Source of the DNA: a virus
Lineage: Duplodnaviria > Caudoviricetes
Length of the DNA stretch: 64,000 bases
Virus record (IMG/VR): IMGVR_UViG_3300029267_004155
Direction: 5' to 3' (one strand)
Made by a program: the position numbers and the translations under genes. Of the stretch, positions 7,376-15,741 are shown one piece after another. Position 1 is the stretch's first letter; every line of letters begins with the position of its first letter. The notes under the pieces are model-generated. The model was given only the letters and a program-made list of their open reading frames with translations, searched no databases and was not told where the DNA came from.

Positions 7376-9150
7376 ACATGAGGCTGGCCGACGTGGAGGA
7401 CGTTCTGGAGCGGATCGAGCGCACGGTCTGGGACGACGCGCTTGCCGAGGCCATGCGGGACCGGGTCGAGGACCTGTCCCTGTCCGACAGCGGGAAGGTC
7501 TACGGCCCGGTCGAGTTCGGCGAGCCTCGGCAGATGTCGAGGAAGCGGAGGCTGGACATCGGGTGGACGGACCACGCCGAGTACCGGAGCGAGCTTCGGG
7601 ACGTGGACCCGGGAAAGGTGAACGACTCGGTGACGAAGGTGATGCGGGACCGGCTCCGGAAGCAGAGGACGCGGGGCAAGGAGAAACTGAAGGTTCCCGG
7701 AGGCACGGCGGTGGTGGACTACGACCTGAGGGGCAAGCCGGCCGACGCGGACGTGGTGACGGTCTGGGCTTCCGAGTCGGGCAGGCGGGCCGGATGGCGC
7801 GACGTCGCCCGCGAGGTGCCCGGATGGGCGCTCGACTGGATGAGGCGGGCCAGGCGGAGGTTCTCGGACGAGGTCCTCCGGGTGTCCGTCGCCATTGCCT
7901 TCGGGGGGGTTGAGACCACTGGCGCAACGATAGAGAAGGTCTCCAGGAGGATGGGCGTGGAGCTTGGCGCCGACGAGATCGTCCACGTCCTCCACGCCGT
8001 GGAGGAGGTCGTAGAGATGGCGCACGGGCTAAGCGCCTCGGACGAGCGGCCGGACGGGGTTGCGAGAGAGCCGCTGCGGCTGGCCAGGGAGGCGCTGGGG
8101 TCGGAGCTGGGGAGTAGGGGGGTGATCAACGGCACCGACGAGGGCGAGTGGTGGCTCGGGGAGCCTCGCGGCGACTGGTGGCTCCTGTATGGGATGGAGT
8201 CGTCCAGGCATCCCGAGCGCGGCTCGGTGGCGGGGGCGACCGAGCGGCATCCGGGTTTCCTGAAGGCGCTGGGCGGCATCGTGAGGAGGCATCCCGAGGC
8301 CTCCTCCTGGGAGCTCGCCTTCGACGGCCCCTTCGTCCCGGTGGCGGAGCTGCTTGGCCGGGGCTCGGGCCCGGGCGTGAGATGGGCGTCGGTCGTGTTC
8401 TACCACGGCACGTCGGAGAGGGCGTGGGAGCAGATACGCCGCCAGGGCCTCAGGCCGCGTTCCGGGACCAACGTCGAGCCCGCGTACGGGATCGGGGTCG
8501 GGGCAGAGCCGGGACGCGTCGACGCGGTGTACCTGACGACCCAGACCGGCATGGCGCGCTGGGCGGCCAGGGACGCGGCGAGGATGACGGGAGGCGCCCC
8601 GGTGGTTCTGCGGGTGAGGGGGATCGACGGGGACAAGGCGCGGGCGGACGGGGACAGCGGGGAGGCGACCGCCGAGGCGAGCCTGGGCCGCATGGGGTCG
8701 ATCGCGTACGTCGGGGACGTCCCGGCGTCGAAGGTGGAGCTCCACGAGGTCCTGCGGGACCGCAGATGGAGGAAGGAGGCGGGTCGTCGCGGCCACGTCC
8801 TCCGGATTGCCCCGGGTGGCGGAAATGACAGCAAGGAGGAGAGCGAGATGGATGGGACGAAGATCGCGAGAGAGCTGGTCGGGGCGGCGAGGGAGTTGAC
8901 GGCCAGGGGCGAGATGGTGGAGCGGGACTACCTTCCGAGGGAGGCGCTTCCGTATCTCGACGAGCGGGACGAGGCCTACCAGTTCACCGAGAGAGGCAGG
9001 CTGAGCATGTACGCGGACGGCAGGAAGACGGTGGTGGTCTTCTTCAAGATGGAGTTCATGGCCGTCTTCGAGTATGGCGGCGCCGGCGTGACCAGGATGC
9101 TGAAGGCGGACCCGGTCGTGATGGCGGACTATTTCAGGACGGTTCTCTAA
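7372..9150 (+). CDS. Polyprotein: RelE/DUF4258-like domain, unknown domains, ADP-ribosyltransferase-like domain, leader-bearing domain (8848)
   Basis: IGWTDHAEYRSELRDV; VFYHGTS...IRRQGLRP...AVYLTT...A..AA...PVVLRV; internal MDGTKIARELVGAARELTA with RBS. Confidence 0.65.
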   Translation: MNMRLADVEDVLERIERTVWDDALAEAMRDRVEDLSLSDSGKVYGPVEFGEPRQMSRKRRLDIGWTDHAEYRSELRDVDPGKVNDSVTKVMRDRLRKQRTRGKEKLKVPGGTAVVDYDLRGKPADADVVTVWASESGRRAGWRDVAREVPGWALDWMRRARRRFSDEVLRVSVAIAFGGVETTGATIEKVSRRMGVELGADEIVHVLHAVEEVVEMAHGLSASDERPDGVAREPLRLAREALGSELGSRGVINGTDEGEWWLGEPRGDWWLLYGMESSRHPERGSVAGATERHPGFLKALGGIVRRHPEASSWELAFDGPFVPVAELLGRGSGPGVRWASVVFYHGTSERAWEQIRRQGLRPRSGTNVEPAYGIGVGAEPGRVDAVYLTTQTGMARWAARDAARMTGGAPVVLRVRGIDGDKARADGDSGEATAEASLGRMGSIAYVGDVPASKVELHEVLRDRRWRKEAGRRGHVLRIAPGGGNDSKEESEMDGTKIARELVGAARELTARGEMVERDYLPREALPYLDERDEAYQFTERGRLSMYADGRKTVVVFFKMEFMAVFEYGGAGVTRMLKADPVVMADYFRTVL

Positions 9151-9161
9151 GGAGGTTCGAC

Positions 9162-9467
9162 ATGGACGAGAGAACGATGATCGACAGGGTTGCCGGGGCC
9201 TTCCGGGCCGAGGTCGTGGAGATGGAGGAGGAGGAGCCTCAGGGCTCGACCCCTGTCAAGGAGAGGCGCAAGGAGGCTGGTCGCACGGCCGATCAGGAGT
9301 ACAAGGAGAGGCGCAGAGAGGTGGACCGGCTCATGGCGAGCGTCCACAAGAAGCTGAGGAGCCACGGCATGGACCAGGAGAGGGCCCCGGATGACTGGGG
9401 CTATGCCGGCGACATGGGCCGCGTCCTGGGGCTGCTGGTCGAGATCGACGGGTTCCTGGGCGGTTGA
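9162..9467 (+). CDS. Hypothetical protein with RVA-type leader
   Basis: RBS AAGGAGG; MDERTMIDRVAGAFRA. Confidence 0.75.
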   Translation: MDERTMIDRVAGAFRAEVVEMEEEEPQGSTPVKERRKEAGRTADQEYKERRREVDRLMASVHKKLRSHGMDQERAPDDWGYAGDMGRVLGLLVEIDGFLGG

Positions 9468-9478
9468 GGGAGACTGAC

Positions 9479-9832
9479 ATGGACAGGACATCGACGAGCG
9501 CCCCGAGGGACCCGTGCCCGGATTGCGTGAGGAAGCACCTCGGCCAGGCGTGCGTCCTGTGCCAGGAGGCGCTCCAGGGATATCCGGACCATCGCTGGCT
9601 GGCGATAGGGCACCTGGCCGAGGCGGAGGCCGAGATCGAGGGAATGTCGCCGGCCCTGGCCGAGCGGTTCCGGGAGGAGCGGAAGGCGCTGGAGGCCGAT
9701 CCTGCCCATCAGCCTCCCTTCGTGGAGCTGATAGCCTCGGTGACGGGCCTGGACGGCGTGACGGCCTGCGACTGCGGAGGCTCGATGGAGGATCGCGTGG
9801 CGGCGGCGTTCATGGGGAGGGCCGGGACGTGA
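9479..9832 (+). CDS. Cys/His-containing hypothetical protein with C-terminal RVA motif
   Basis: CPDCVRKH...GHLAEA; ends SMEDRVAAAFMGRAGT. Confidence 0.7.
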   Translation: MDRTSTSAPRDPCPDCVRKHLGQACVLCQEALQGYPDHRWLAIGHLAEAEAEIEGMSPALAERFREERKALEADPAHQPPFVELIASVTGLDGVTACDCGGSMEDRVAAAFMGRAGT

Positions 9833-10416
9833 GTGTCGATCCCAGGATGGCGTCGAGGCTGTCGTCGAGGTTGTCGGGGAGGTATGGCGGCCCTTTGTTC
9901 CGGGCTGTCGATTCGAGGGATGGCTCGGCGGCCCTCGGCGAGGGAACGTATTTCACCGACAGCCGCGAGGCTGCCATGGCCTATGGCGACGACGTTCGGG
10001 AGTTCGTGGCCAGGGGTTTGATGGTCCTTGGCACGAACAGCGGCGAGTACGAGATGGTCAGGAGGCGCGCCGACGGGGTTCGGGCCCGGCATCCGTCCGA
10101 GGCCGTGGCGAAGGTGGCCAGGATGGAGGGCTATGACGGGATATACTCGGGTCCCGTCTTCGGGCTGGTGGTGTTCGGATCGGGCATGTCGAAAGTGCGG
10201 GAGGTTCGGACGGCGGGACTGGCCGAGATGGCGGGAGGCATGGACGGGACGAAGATCGCGATAGAGCTGTTGCGGGTGGCTCGTGGGGTCGTTGGCGCCC
10301 CGGTCGACCTGGACGAGAGCAAGAGGTGTTTCCACGGGACGCCGCTGGAGAAGGCTGGACTTAGACATGACGCGCGGCGACGCGTTCGAGGGCCAGGTCG
10401 GCGTGACGGCCTGTGA
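9829..10416 (+). CDS. ADP-ribosyltransferase-like domain followed by an internal leader (10240) and a truncated FHGT remnant
   Basis: LFRA...LGEGTYFTDSREAAMAYG...GYDGIY...LVVF resembles phage ART domains; then MDGTKIAIELLRVARGVVG. Confidence 0.55.
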   Translation: MSVDPRMASRLSSRLSGRYGGPLFRAVDSRDGSAALGEGTYFTDSREAAMAYGDDVREFVARGLMVLGTNSGEYEMVRRRADGVRARHPSEAVAKVARMEGYDGIYSGPVFGLVVFGSGMSKVREVRTAGLAEMAGGMDGTKIAIELLRVARGVVGAPVDLDESKRCFHGTPLEKAGLRHDARRRVRGPGRRDGL

Positions 10417-10484
10417 TTGTGAAGGCGCCTTGGAGGACCGCGTGGCGTCGTCATTCATGGGCAGGTTCAAATAGGGAGAAGGTC

Positions 10485-10826
10485 ATGGACGGTGAGAAGA
10501 TCGCGAGAGAGCTGATCGAGGCCGCGAGGGAGCTGACGGGGGCGAACGTCGGCCATCATCACAGGCAGGGGTCCGACTGGTACGTCGACTCCAATTTCAT
10601 CAACATCGTCCAGCACGTCTATCCGGGCGGCACCCTGGAGCACATGGGCTTCGGGGAGTTCTACATGGATACGCCGGATGGGAGGCTGGACTTCGACAGG
10701 ATGCACGGCAAGGCGTTCGAGGGCCAGGTCGGAAGGCCGCACCTGCTCCAGGACGACTCTGGCGGCAAGGTGGTAAAGAAGGCCATCAGCCTGATGGAGC
10801 GGGCTGGGAAGTCCGAGGAGGTCTGA
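10485..10826 (+). CDS. Leader-bearing hypothetical protein
   Basis: MDGEKIARELIEAARELTG; RBS GGGAG. Confidence 0.8.
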   Translation: MDGEKIARELIEAARELTGANVGHHHRQGSDWYVDSNFINIVQHVYPGGTLEHMGFGEFYMDTPDGRLDFDRMHGKAFEGQVGRPHLLQDDSGGKVVKKAISLMERAGKSEEV

Positions 10827-10827
10827 C

Positions 10828-11517
10828 GTGGACAGGGACAGGATAGCCAGGAGGGTCGAGGCCGCGGGCGTGGCCTCGGCGGTAGCCAGGGCGAAGGCCG
10901 CGGCGGTCATGGCGATAGCCAGGGCGGTCTCGACCTCCCCGGCCGTCCGGAAGGCCGTGCAGGGGATCGCCACCGACGTTGAGGCGACCGCCGGGCCCGG
11001 CGACGACGGCAGAAGGGCCATCCTCGGGTCGTCTGGGATGGGCGCGGCCCGCGACGCCGTGGCCGACGCCGTGGCCGAAGGCGTCGTCGACGCGGCGCAG
11101 AAGGCGGTCGGCAAGTCTCCGGGGAGACACCGGAGGATGGCGAAGGCCTTCGTCATGAAGGCGCTGCCGATGATCCCGTTCGGCTTCATAGACAACTTCA
11201 TCATGATCCTGGCGGGCAACGCCATCGAGGCGTCCCTGGCCAGCACGCTGGGCCTGAGCGCCATGGCGGCCGCGGGGCTGGGCAACGCGGCCTCCGACGC
11301 CGTCGGGGCCATGAGCCAGGACCGCGTCGACTCCGTTCTCGGGCGGATGGGGCTCGGGGGCCAGCTGGAGGGCGGCAGGGCGGAGGCGCTGGCCGGCTTG
11401 GCCGGCGGGGCCTTCGGGGTCGCCGTGGGCGCCCTGGCCGGAATGTTCCCGCTGCTGCTGTCGGGCTCCGTCGAGGGCTCCATGGCGGAGGACGTGGCCG
11501 ACCGCTTCCTGGGCTGA
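10828..11517 (+). CDS. TMEM65-family-like membrane protein with RVA-type ends
   Basis: PMIPFGFIDNFIMILAGNAIEASLASTLGLSAMAAAGLGNAASDAVG matches the TMEM65 core pattern FGFxDNxIMIxAG...STMAAAALGNxxSD. Confidence 0.7.
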   Translation: MDRDRIARRVEAAGVASAVARAKAAAVMAIARAVSTSPAVRKAVQGIATDVEATAGPGDDGRRAILGSSGMGAARDAVADAVAEGVVDAAQKAVGKSPGRHRRMAKAFVMKALPMIPFGFIDNFIMILAGNAIEASLASTLGLSAMAAAGLGNAASDAVGAMSQDRVDSVLGRMGLGGQLEGGRAEALAGLAGGAFGVAVGALAGMFPLLLSGSVEGSMAEDVADRFLG

Positions 11518-11591
11518 GCCGAAATCGGTGCCGCCTCTCCTTCCCGTTCGCGGGGGGCAGCTTCGTGGCGTATAGTTGAGGGGAGGTGACC

Positions 11592-12569
11592 ATGTACTGT
11601 CTTCGCCCGTTCTACATGATGATAGTGGAGCCGGGCGGCGAGTGCCGCTCGTGCTGCGAGGCCCACGCCTCCAAGTCGTTCGGGAACATCCTCCGCGACG
11701 GCCCCGAGGGGGTCTGGAGGGGGGAGGGCGCCCGGGAGATGCGGGAGTCGATCCTGGACGGGTCCTACCGGTTCTGCCTGGACGGTTGCCCGATCTACCA
11801 GAGGGTGCTGGCTCTTCGCGAGAGCGGCGGCGACCCGCGGACGGGGACCATGGACCTGGGGGCCTGCGTCTCGCGGGAGCCGATGGGCAGGGACCTGGAG
11901 TGGCCGGCCCATCTGCACGTCGGGCACGACACCCGCTGCAACATCCGCTGCCGGAAGTGCCACCACTGGACCATCGAGGTCGACGAGGCCGAGACGGACA
12001 GGGTGGGCGACCTCTGCCTGGGGATGCTGCCGCACGCCAGCGGACTTGCGATGAGCGGGTGCGGGGAGCTGTTCTTCAGCCCGTCCTACGCCAAGGTGCT
12101 CAGGGGCGTCGAGGCGATGCCGAACCTCTTCAAGATGCACGCCATCACCAACGGGACCCTGCTCACGCCGGGGAGGTGGGGGTCGCTGGGGGATGTCGCG
12201 AGCAAGATCGCGAGGGGCTCGCTCAGGGTCTCGGTCGACGCGGCGACGAGGGAGACCTACGACAAGGTCCGGCGCGGTGGCGACTTCGACGTCCTGGCGG
12301 CCAACCTGCGCTTCCTGGGGTCGAGGCCGATCAGCCAGAAGCTGATGTCGATGGTGGTGGAGATGGACAACTTCCGGGAGATGCCGGCGTTCGTGAGGCT
12401 GGCGGCCGAGTGGGGCTTCCGGGCGGTCTTCGAGCAGGTGATCGGGCCCGACGGGTGGAAGCCGTGGATCGACGACGCGCCGGAGAGGGAGGAGTTCGAG
12501 GCGCTGCTGGCCGAGTCGCTGGCCATGGCCAACCTCCTGTGGACCAACTTCCAGGGGGCGGGCAGATGA
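11592..12569 (+). CDS. Radical SAM protein with N-terminal SPASM/twitch-like domain
   Basis: CNIRCRKC (CxxxCxxC), GELF, ITNGTLL, VSVDAAT.ETY..VR.GG.F; N-terminal CxxPF...CC...GN...W...C...C. Confidence 0.8.
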   Translation: MYCLRPFYMMIVEPGGECRSCCEAHASKSFGNILRDGPEGVWRGEGAREMRESILDGSYRFCLDGCPIYQRVLALRESGGDPRTGTMDLGACVSREPMGRDLEWPAHLHVGHDTRCNIRCRKCHHWTIEVDEAETDRVGDLCLGMLPHASGLAMSGCGELFFSPSYAKVLRGVEAMPNLFKMHAITNGTLLTPGRWGSLGDVASKIARGSLRVSVDAATRETYDKVRRGGDFDVLAANLRFLGSRPISQKLMSMVVEMDNFREMPAFVRLAAEWGFRAVFEQVIGPDGWKPWIDDAPEREEFEALLAESLAMANLLWTNFQGAGR

Positions 12570-13639
12570 GGGTCTCCGTCGTCGATTTCGAGTTCCCCGA
12601 GCCGGACAGGAGCTCCGGCGGCCACAGGATGTCCGAGCTGGTCGCGATGATGGTCGGGGCGGGCCACGAGGTCTCGTTCCTGGCCTTCGACTACTGGAGG
12701 AGGTGGGGGGAGCAGGACGGGCGGTACAGGGGCGCGCTTGAGTCCATGGGGGTCCGGTGCGCCTTCGAGCCGGGGGACGGGGTCGGCGCGGTCTCCGCGG
12801 CCTTCTTCCAGGAGGCGATGCCCGACGTGGCCGTGCTGAGCCGGTACTACGTCTTCAACTGCGTGGCTCCATATCTCCAGATCGCCCTTCCCTCGTGCCG
12901 GCTCGTCCTGGACACCGTGGACGTCCACCACGTCCGGGAGAGGCGCATGCTGGAGGTCAAGGGGTTCGGGGACCCCGAGGGGGTGATGCGCGGCGAGGCC
13001 GCGGCCCTGGGGGTGGCTGACAGGACGTGGGCCGTGACGGGGGTCGACGCCGAGGCTTGCCGGAGGTGGGCCCGGGACGTGGTCGTCGTGCCGAACGTCC
13101 ATCAGCCGGTCCCGGGCGGCCTGCCGAGGGGCGAGAGGTCGGGCGTGGTCTTCGTGGGCAACTACGAGCACAGGCCGAACTGGGATGGCGTCTGGTGGTT
13201 CTCCAACCACGTCCTGCCGATGGTCTCCGGGGGCGAGCCGTTCCGCGCGGTCGGGGCGGGCCTCGCCGAGGACGGCTATGGCGACTGGCGGGACGTGGAG
13301 TGCGTGGGGTGGGTGCCGGACCTGGCGGCCTACCTGGGAGGGTGCCTGGTGGCGGTGGCCCCGCTCCGGTTCGGGTCGGGGATGAAGGGGAAGATAGGGG
13401 ACTACCTGGCGGCCGGGGTGCCGACCGTGACCACCTCCGTGGGCGCGGAGGGCATGGGGCTGGCGGATGGCCGGGAGGTGCTCGTGCGCGACGAGCCGCG
13501 CGACTTCGCCGAGGCGGTGTCGACTCTTTGCCGGGATGAGAGCTTGTGGGGATCGATGGGCGCGGCGGGCAGGGAATGGGCGTCGGGGTTCTCGCGGGAG
13601 GCGGTGGCCCCGGGCCTGGAAGGCGCCTTGGCGTTCTGA
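12566..13639 (+). CDS. Glycosyltransferase, GT-B fold (GT4-like)
   Basis: PDRSSGGHR, DTVDVHH.RE, FVGNYEHRPNWDG, APLRFGSGMKGKI, PTVTTSVGAEG. Confidence 0.85.
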   Translation: MRVSVVDFEFPEPDRSSGGHRMSELVAMMVGAGHEVSFLAFDYWRRWGEQDGRYRGALESMGVRCAFEPGDGVGAVSAAFFQEAMPDVAVLSRYYVFNCVAPYLQIALPSCRLVLDTVDVHHVRERRMLEVKGFGDPEGVMRGEAAALGVADRTWAVTGVDAEACRRWARDVVVVPNVHQPVPGGLPRGERSGVVFVGNYEHRPNWDGVWWFSNHVLPMVSGGEPFRAVGAGLAEDGYGDWRDVECVGWVPDLAAYLGGCLVAVAPLRFGSGMKGKIGDYLAAGVPTVTTSVGAEGMGLADGREVLVRDEPRDFAEAVSTLCRDESLWGSMGAAGREWASGFSREAVAPGLEGALAF

Positions 13640-13696
13640 GAATTGTTTGATACCGGGGCCTTTGTTGGACGGCAGAAAAGGATGAAGGAGACAGTC

Positions 13697-14428
13697 ATGC
13701 TCAGGAAGGCCTACTCGTACGGGTGCGTGATGGCGCCGCTTCCGGAGGGCGCCGCGGCGCGCATCCGGGAGATCGCCGCGGCCATACCGGACGAGGACAT
13801 ATATGAAAGCGAGGACGGGGAGCACGGGCGCGAGGATGACGTCCATGTCACCGTCAAGTACGGGCTCCACACGTCCGACCACGAGGAGGTGAGGAAGGCG
13901 CTTCAGGGGTTCGGGCCGGTCCGGGCCACTCTGAGGAGGCTGACGGCCTTCCACGCTCCCGACTTCGTGGTGCTGAAGGTGTCGGTGGAGAGCGAGGACC
14001 TCATCCGCCTGAACAGGCTCGTCTGCGACAGCTTCGAGTTCACCGACAGCCATCCGGAGTACCGGCCGCACGCGACGGTGGCCTACCTCCGGCACCGGCC
14101 GGCGGACCCCTACTGGTACAAGGCGGCCTTCGCGGGGCCGGGCCTGGACATGGACGTCGTCATCGACGAGCTGGAGTTCTCCGACGCGGGCGGGAGGCAC
14201 ACCTTCTTCGACCTGTCCGGCAAGCGGGAGGCGGCCAGTGCGAAGGTGGCGTCGCTGTTCCAGATCGACGAGTCGCGGGAAAGGGGGAGGCTCTACATGG
14301 AGGAGCTGAAAAGGAGCGATCCCGAGGAGGCCGCGCGTTTGGAGCGCGCCATCGCGACGTATAATTCAAGGGAACAGATGGCCAGGAGGGTCGCGACCGC
14401 GACCATGGTGGCGACGAGGGCGAGATGA
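13697..14428 (+). CDS. 2H phosphoesterase (2'-5' RNA ligase/Acb1-like superfamily)
   Basis: Two HxT motifs: VHVTVKYG and YRPHATVAY. Confidence 0.8.
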   Translation: MLRKAYSYGCVMAPLPEGAAARIREIAAAIPDEDIYESEDGEHGREDDVHVTVKYGLHTSDHEEVRKALQGFGPVRATLRRLTAFHAPDFVVLKVSVESEDLIRLNRLVCDSFEFTDSHPEYRPHATVAYLRHRPADPYWYKAAFAGPGLDMDVVIDELEFSDAGGRHTFFDLSGKREAASAKVASLFQIDESRERGRLYMEELKRSDPEEAARLERAIATYNSREQMARRVATATMVATRAR

Positions 14429-15741
14429 GACTGCTGGTGGGATCGATCTATGCCGACCGCGGGGATGGGCAGAGGGAATGGCTCTCAGTCCAGAGGCGGT
14501 TCCTCGGGGCCACGACCGAGAACTTCGACCATGTCGTCGTGGTGAACGACGCCCAGGTCCCGGACCAGACCTGGGAGGGTGTCGAGGTGATCTCGGCCAA
14601 GGACCGCAAGGACCCGTCGCAGGCCCACCTTGGTGGCTTGAACGACCTGGCCGAGTGCTTCAGGGCCCGTCGCGCCGACTACGACTACTTCCTGGTGATC
14701 GACAACGACGCCTTCCCGATCCGGAGGGGGTGGCTCGACGACCTGGCGCCGATGGTGCCGGACGGCCACATCGCCATAGCCCTGAGGAGCGAGAACCTGG
14801 AGCAGAGGCTTCACGCCTCGATCCTGTTGGCGACGCCAGGGGCCCTGGACGACCTGGAGTTCCGGCTTTCGGAGTGCGCCAGCCTGACGGGCGAGACGGA
14901 GATGGACATCATGCCTGTCCGGTGGACGACGGGGCAGCTGGGCCGGGTCTTCCCGCTGATGAGGTCCAACATGCGGAACGTGCACCCGACGCGGTGCGGG
15001 GTCTACTACGACATGTTCTACCATCACGGGAGCGGGACGCCGAACCGCGGGGAGAAGGTCGAGCGGTGGATGAGGGGCGACGCCTACTGGGACCCGGTGG
15101 TCCCGAGCGGGGTTGACGACTGCGGGCGCTTCCGTGCCCGTCTCATGCGCGACCCGGAGGGGTTCGTGGCGTGGCTGGCCGGCTGGACGCCGGACGGCTA
15201 TCCGAGGAGAGGGAGGGACGAGCCGTCCATGGCGTGGGAGCGGGACGGGGTCTCGTTCCGGAAGGTCGGGGAGGGCGACCTGGAGGACCTCATGAGGCTC
15301 AAGATGGAGGTGTGGGAGAGCAACCACTCGACCGCTTTCCTCAACATGTGCGACCAGAGGGGCTGGCTGGAGGGCCTGGGCGTCACCAACCCTGGCAACC
15401 TGGTCTTGATGGCCATGTGCGACGGCCAGGTGTTCGGAGTCCTGAAGGTGCTGGGGATCGACTGGGTGAGCCGGTCGGCCTCGGTCGGCTGGGACGTCTT
15501 CGAGGGGCGCCGCGGCAACGGCCTCGGGAAGAGGCTCGTGGCTGCCGGGGTCCGCTTCTGCGTGGACGTGCTCGGGCTGGGGAGCCTGGATGCCGAGATT
15601 CTGGCCGGGAACCACGCGAGCGCGAAGTGCGCTGTGGCCGCGGGCTTCAGGCCGGTCGGTGTCAGGAAGGCCCGGGTCTGGAGGAACGGGAGGCATGTCG
15701 ACAGCGCGGTCTACGAGTTCGTGAAGACAGGGAGACAGTGA
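14425..15741 (+). CDS. Fusion of a GT-A-like domain and a GNAT (RimL/PseH-like) acetyltransferase
   Basis: YFLVIDNDAFPI (DxD) in the N half; IDWVSRSASVG...RGNGLG...N.AS......GF...G in the C half. Confidence 0.7.
   Translation: MRLLVGSIYADRGDGQREWLSVQRRFLGATTENFDHVVVVNDAQVPDQTWEGVEVISAKDRKDPSQAHLGGLNDLAECFRARRADYDYFLVIDNDAFPIRRGWLDDLAPMVPDGHIAIALRSENLEQRLHASILLATPGALDDLEFRLSECASLTGETEMDIMPVRWTTGQLGRVFPLMRSNMRNVHPTRCGVYYDMFYHHGSGTPNRGEKVERWMRGDAYWDPVVPSGVDDCGRFRARLMRDPEGFVAWLAGWTPDGYPRRGRDEPSMAWERDGVSFRKVGEGDLEDLMRLKMEVWESNHSTAFLNMCDQRGWLEGLGVTNPGNLVLMAMCDGQVFGVLKVLGIDWVSRSASVGWDVFEGRRGNGLGKRLVAAGVRFCVDVLGLGSLDAEILAGNHASAKCAVAAGFRPVGVRKARVWRNGRHVDSAVYEFVKTGRQ

Noticed and set aside
1267-10826. 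Tag-coding DNA repeats as a CRISPR array or integron attC cassettes
   Set aside because: Copies vary at synonymous positions, are spaced by whole genes and are not palindromic; no cas or integrase gene was seen. Conservation is at the protein level.
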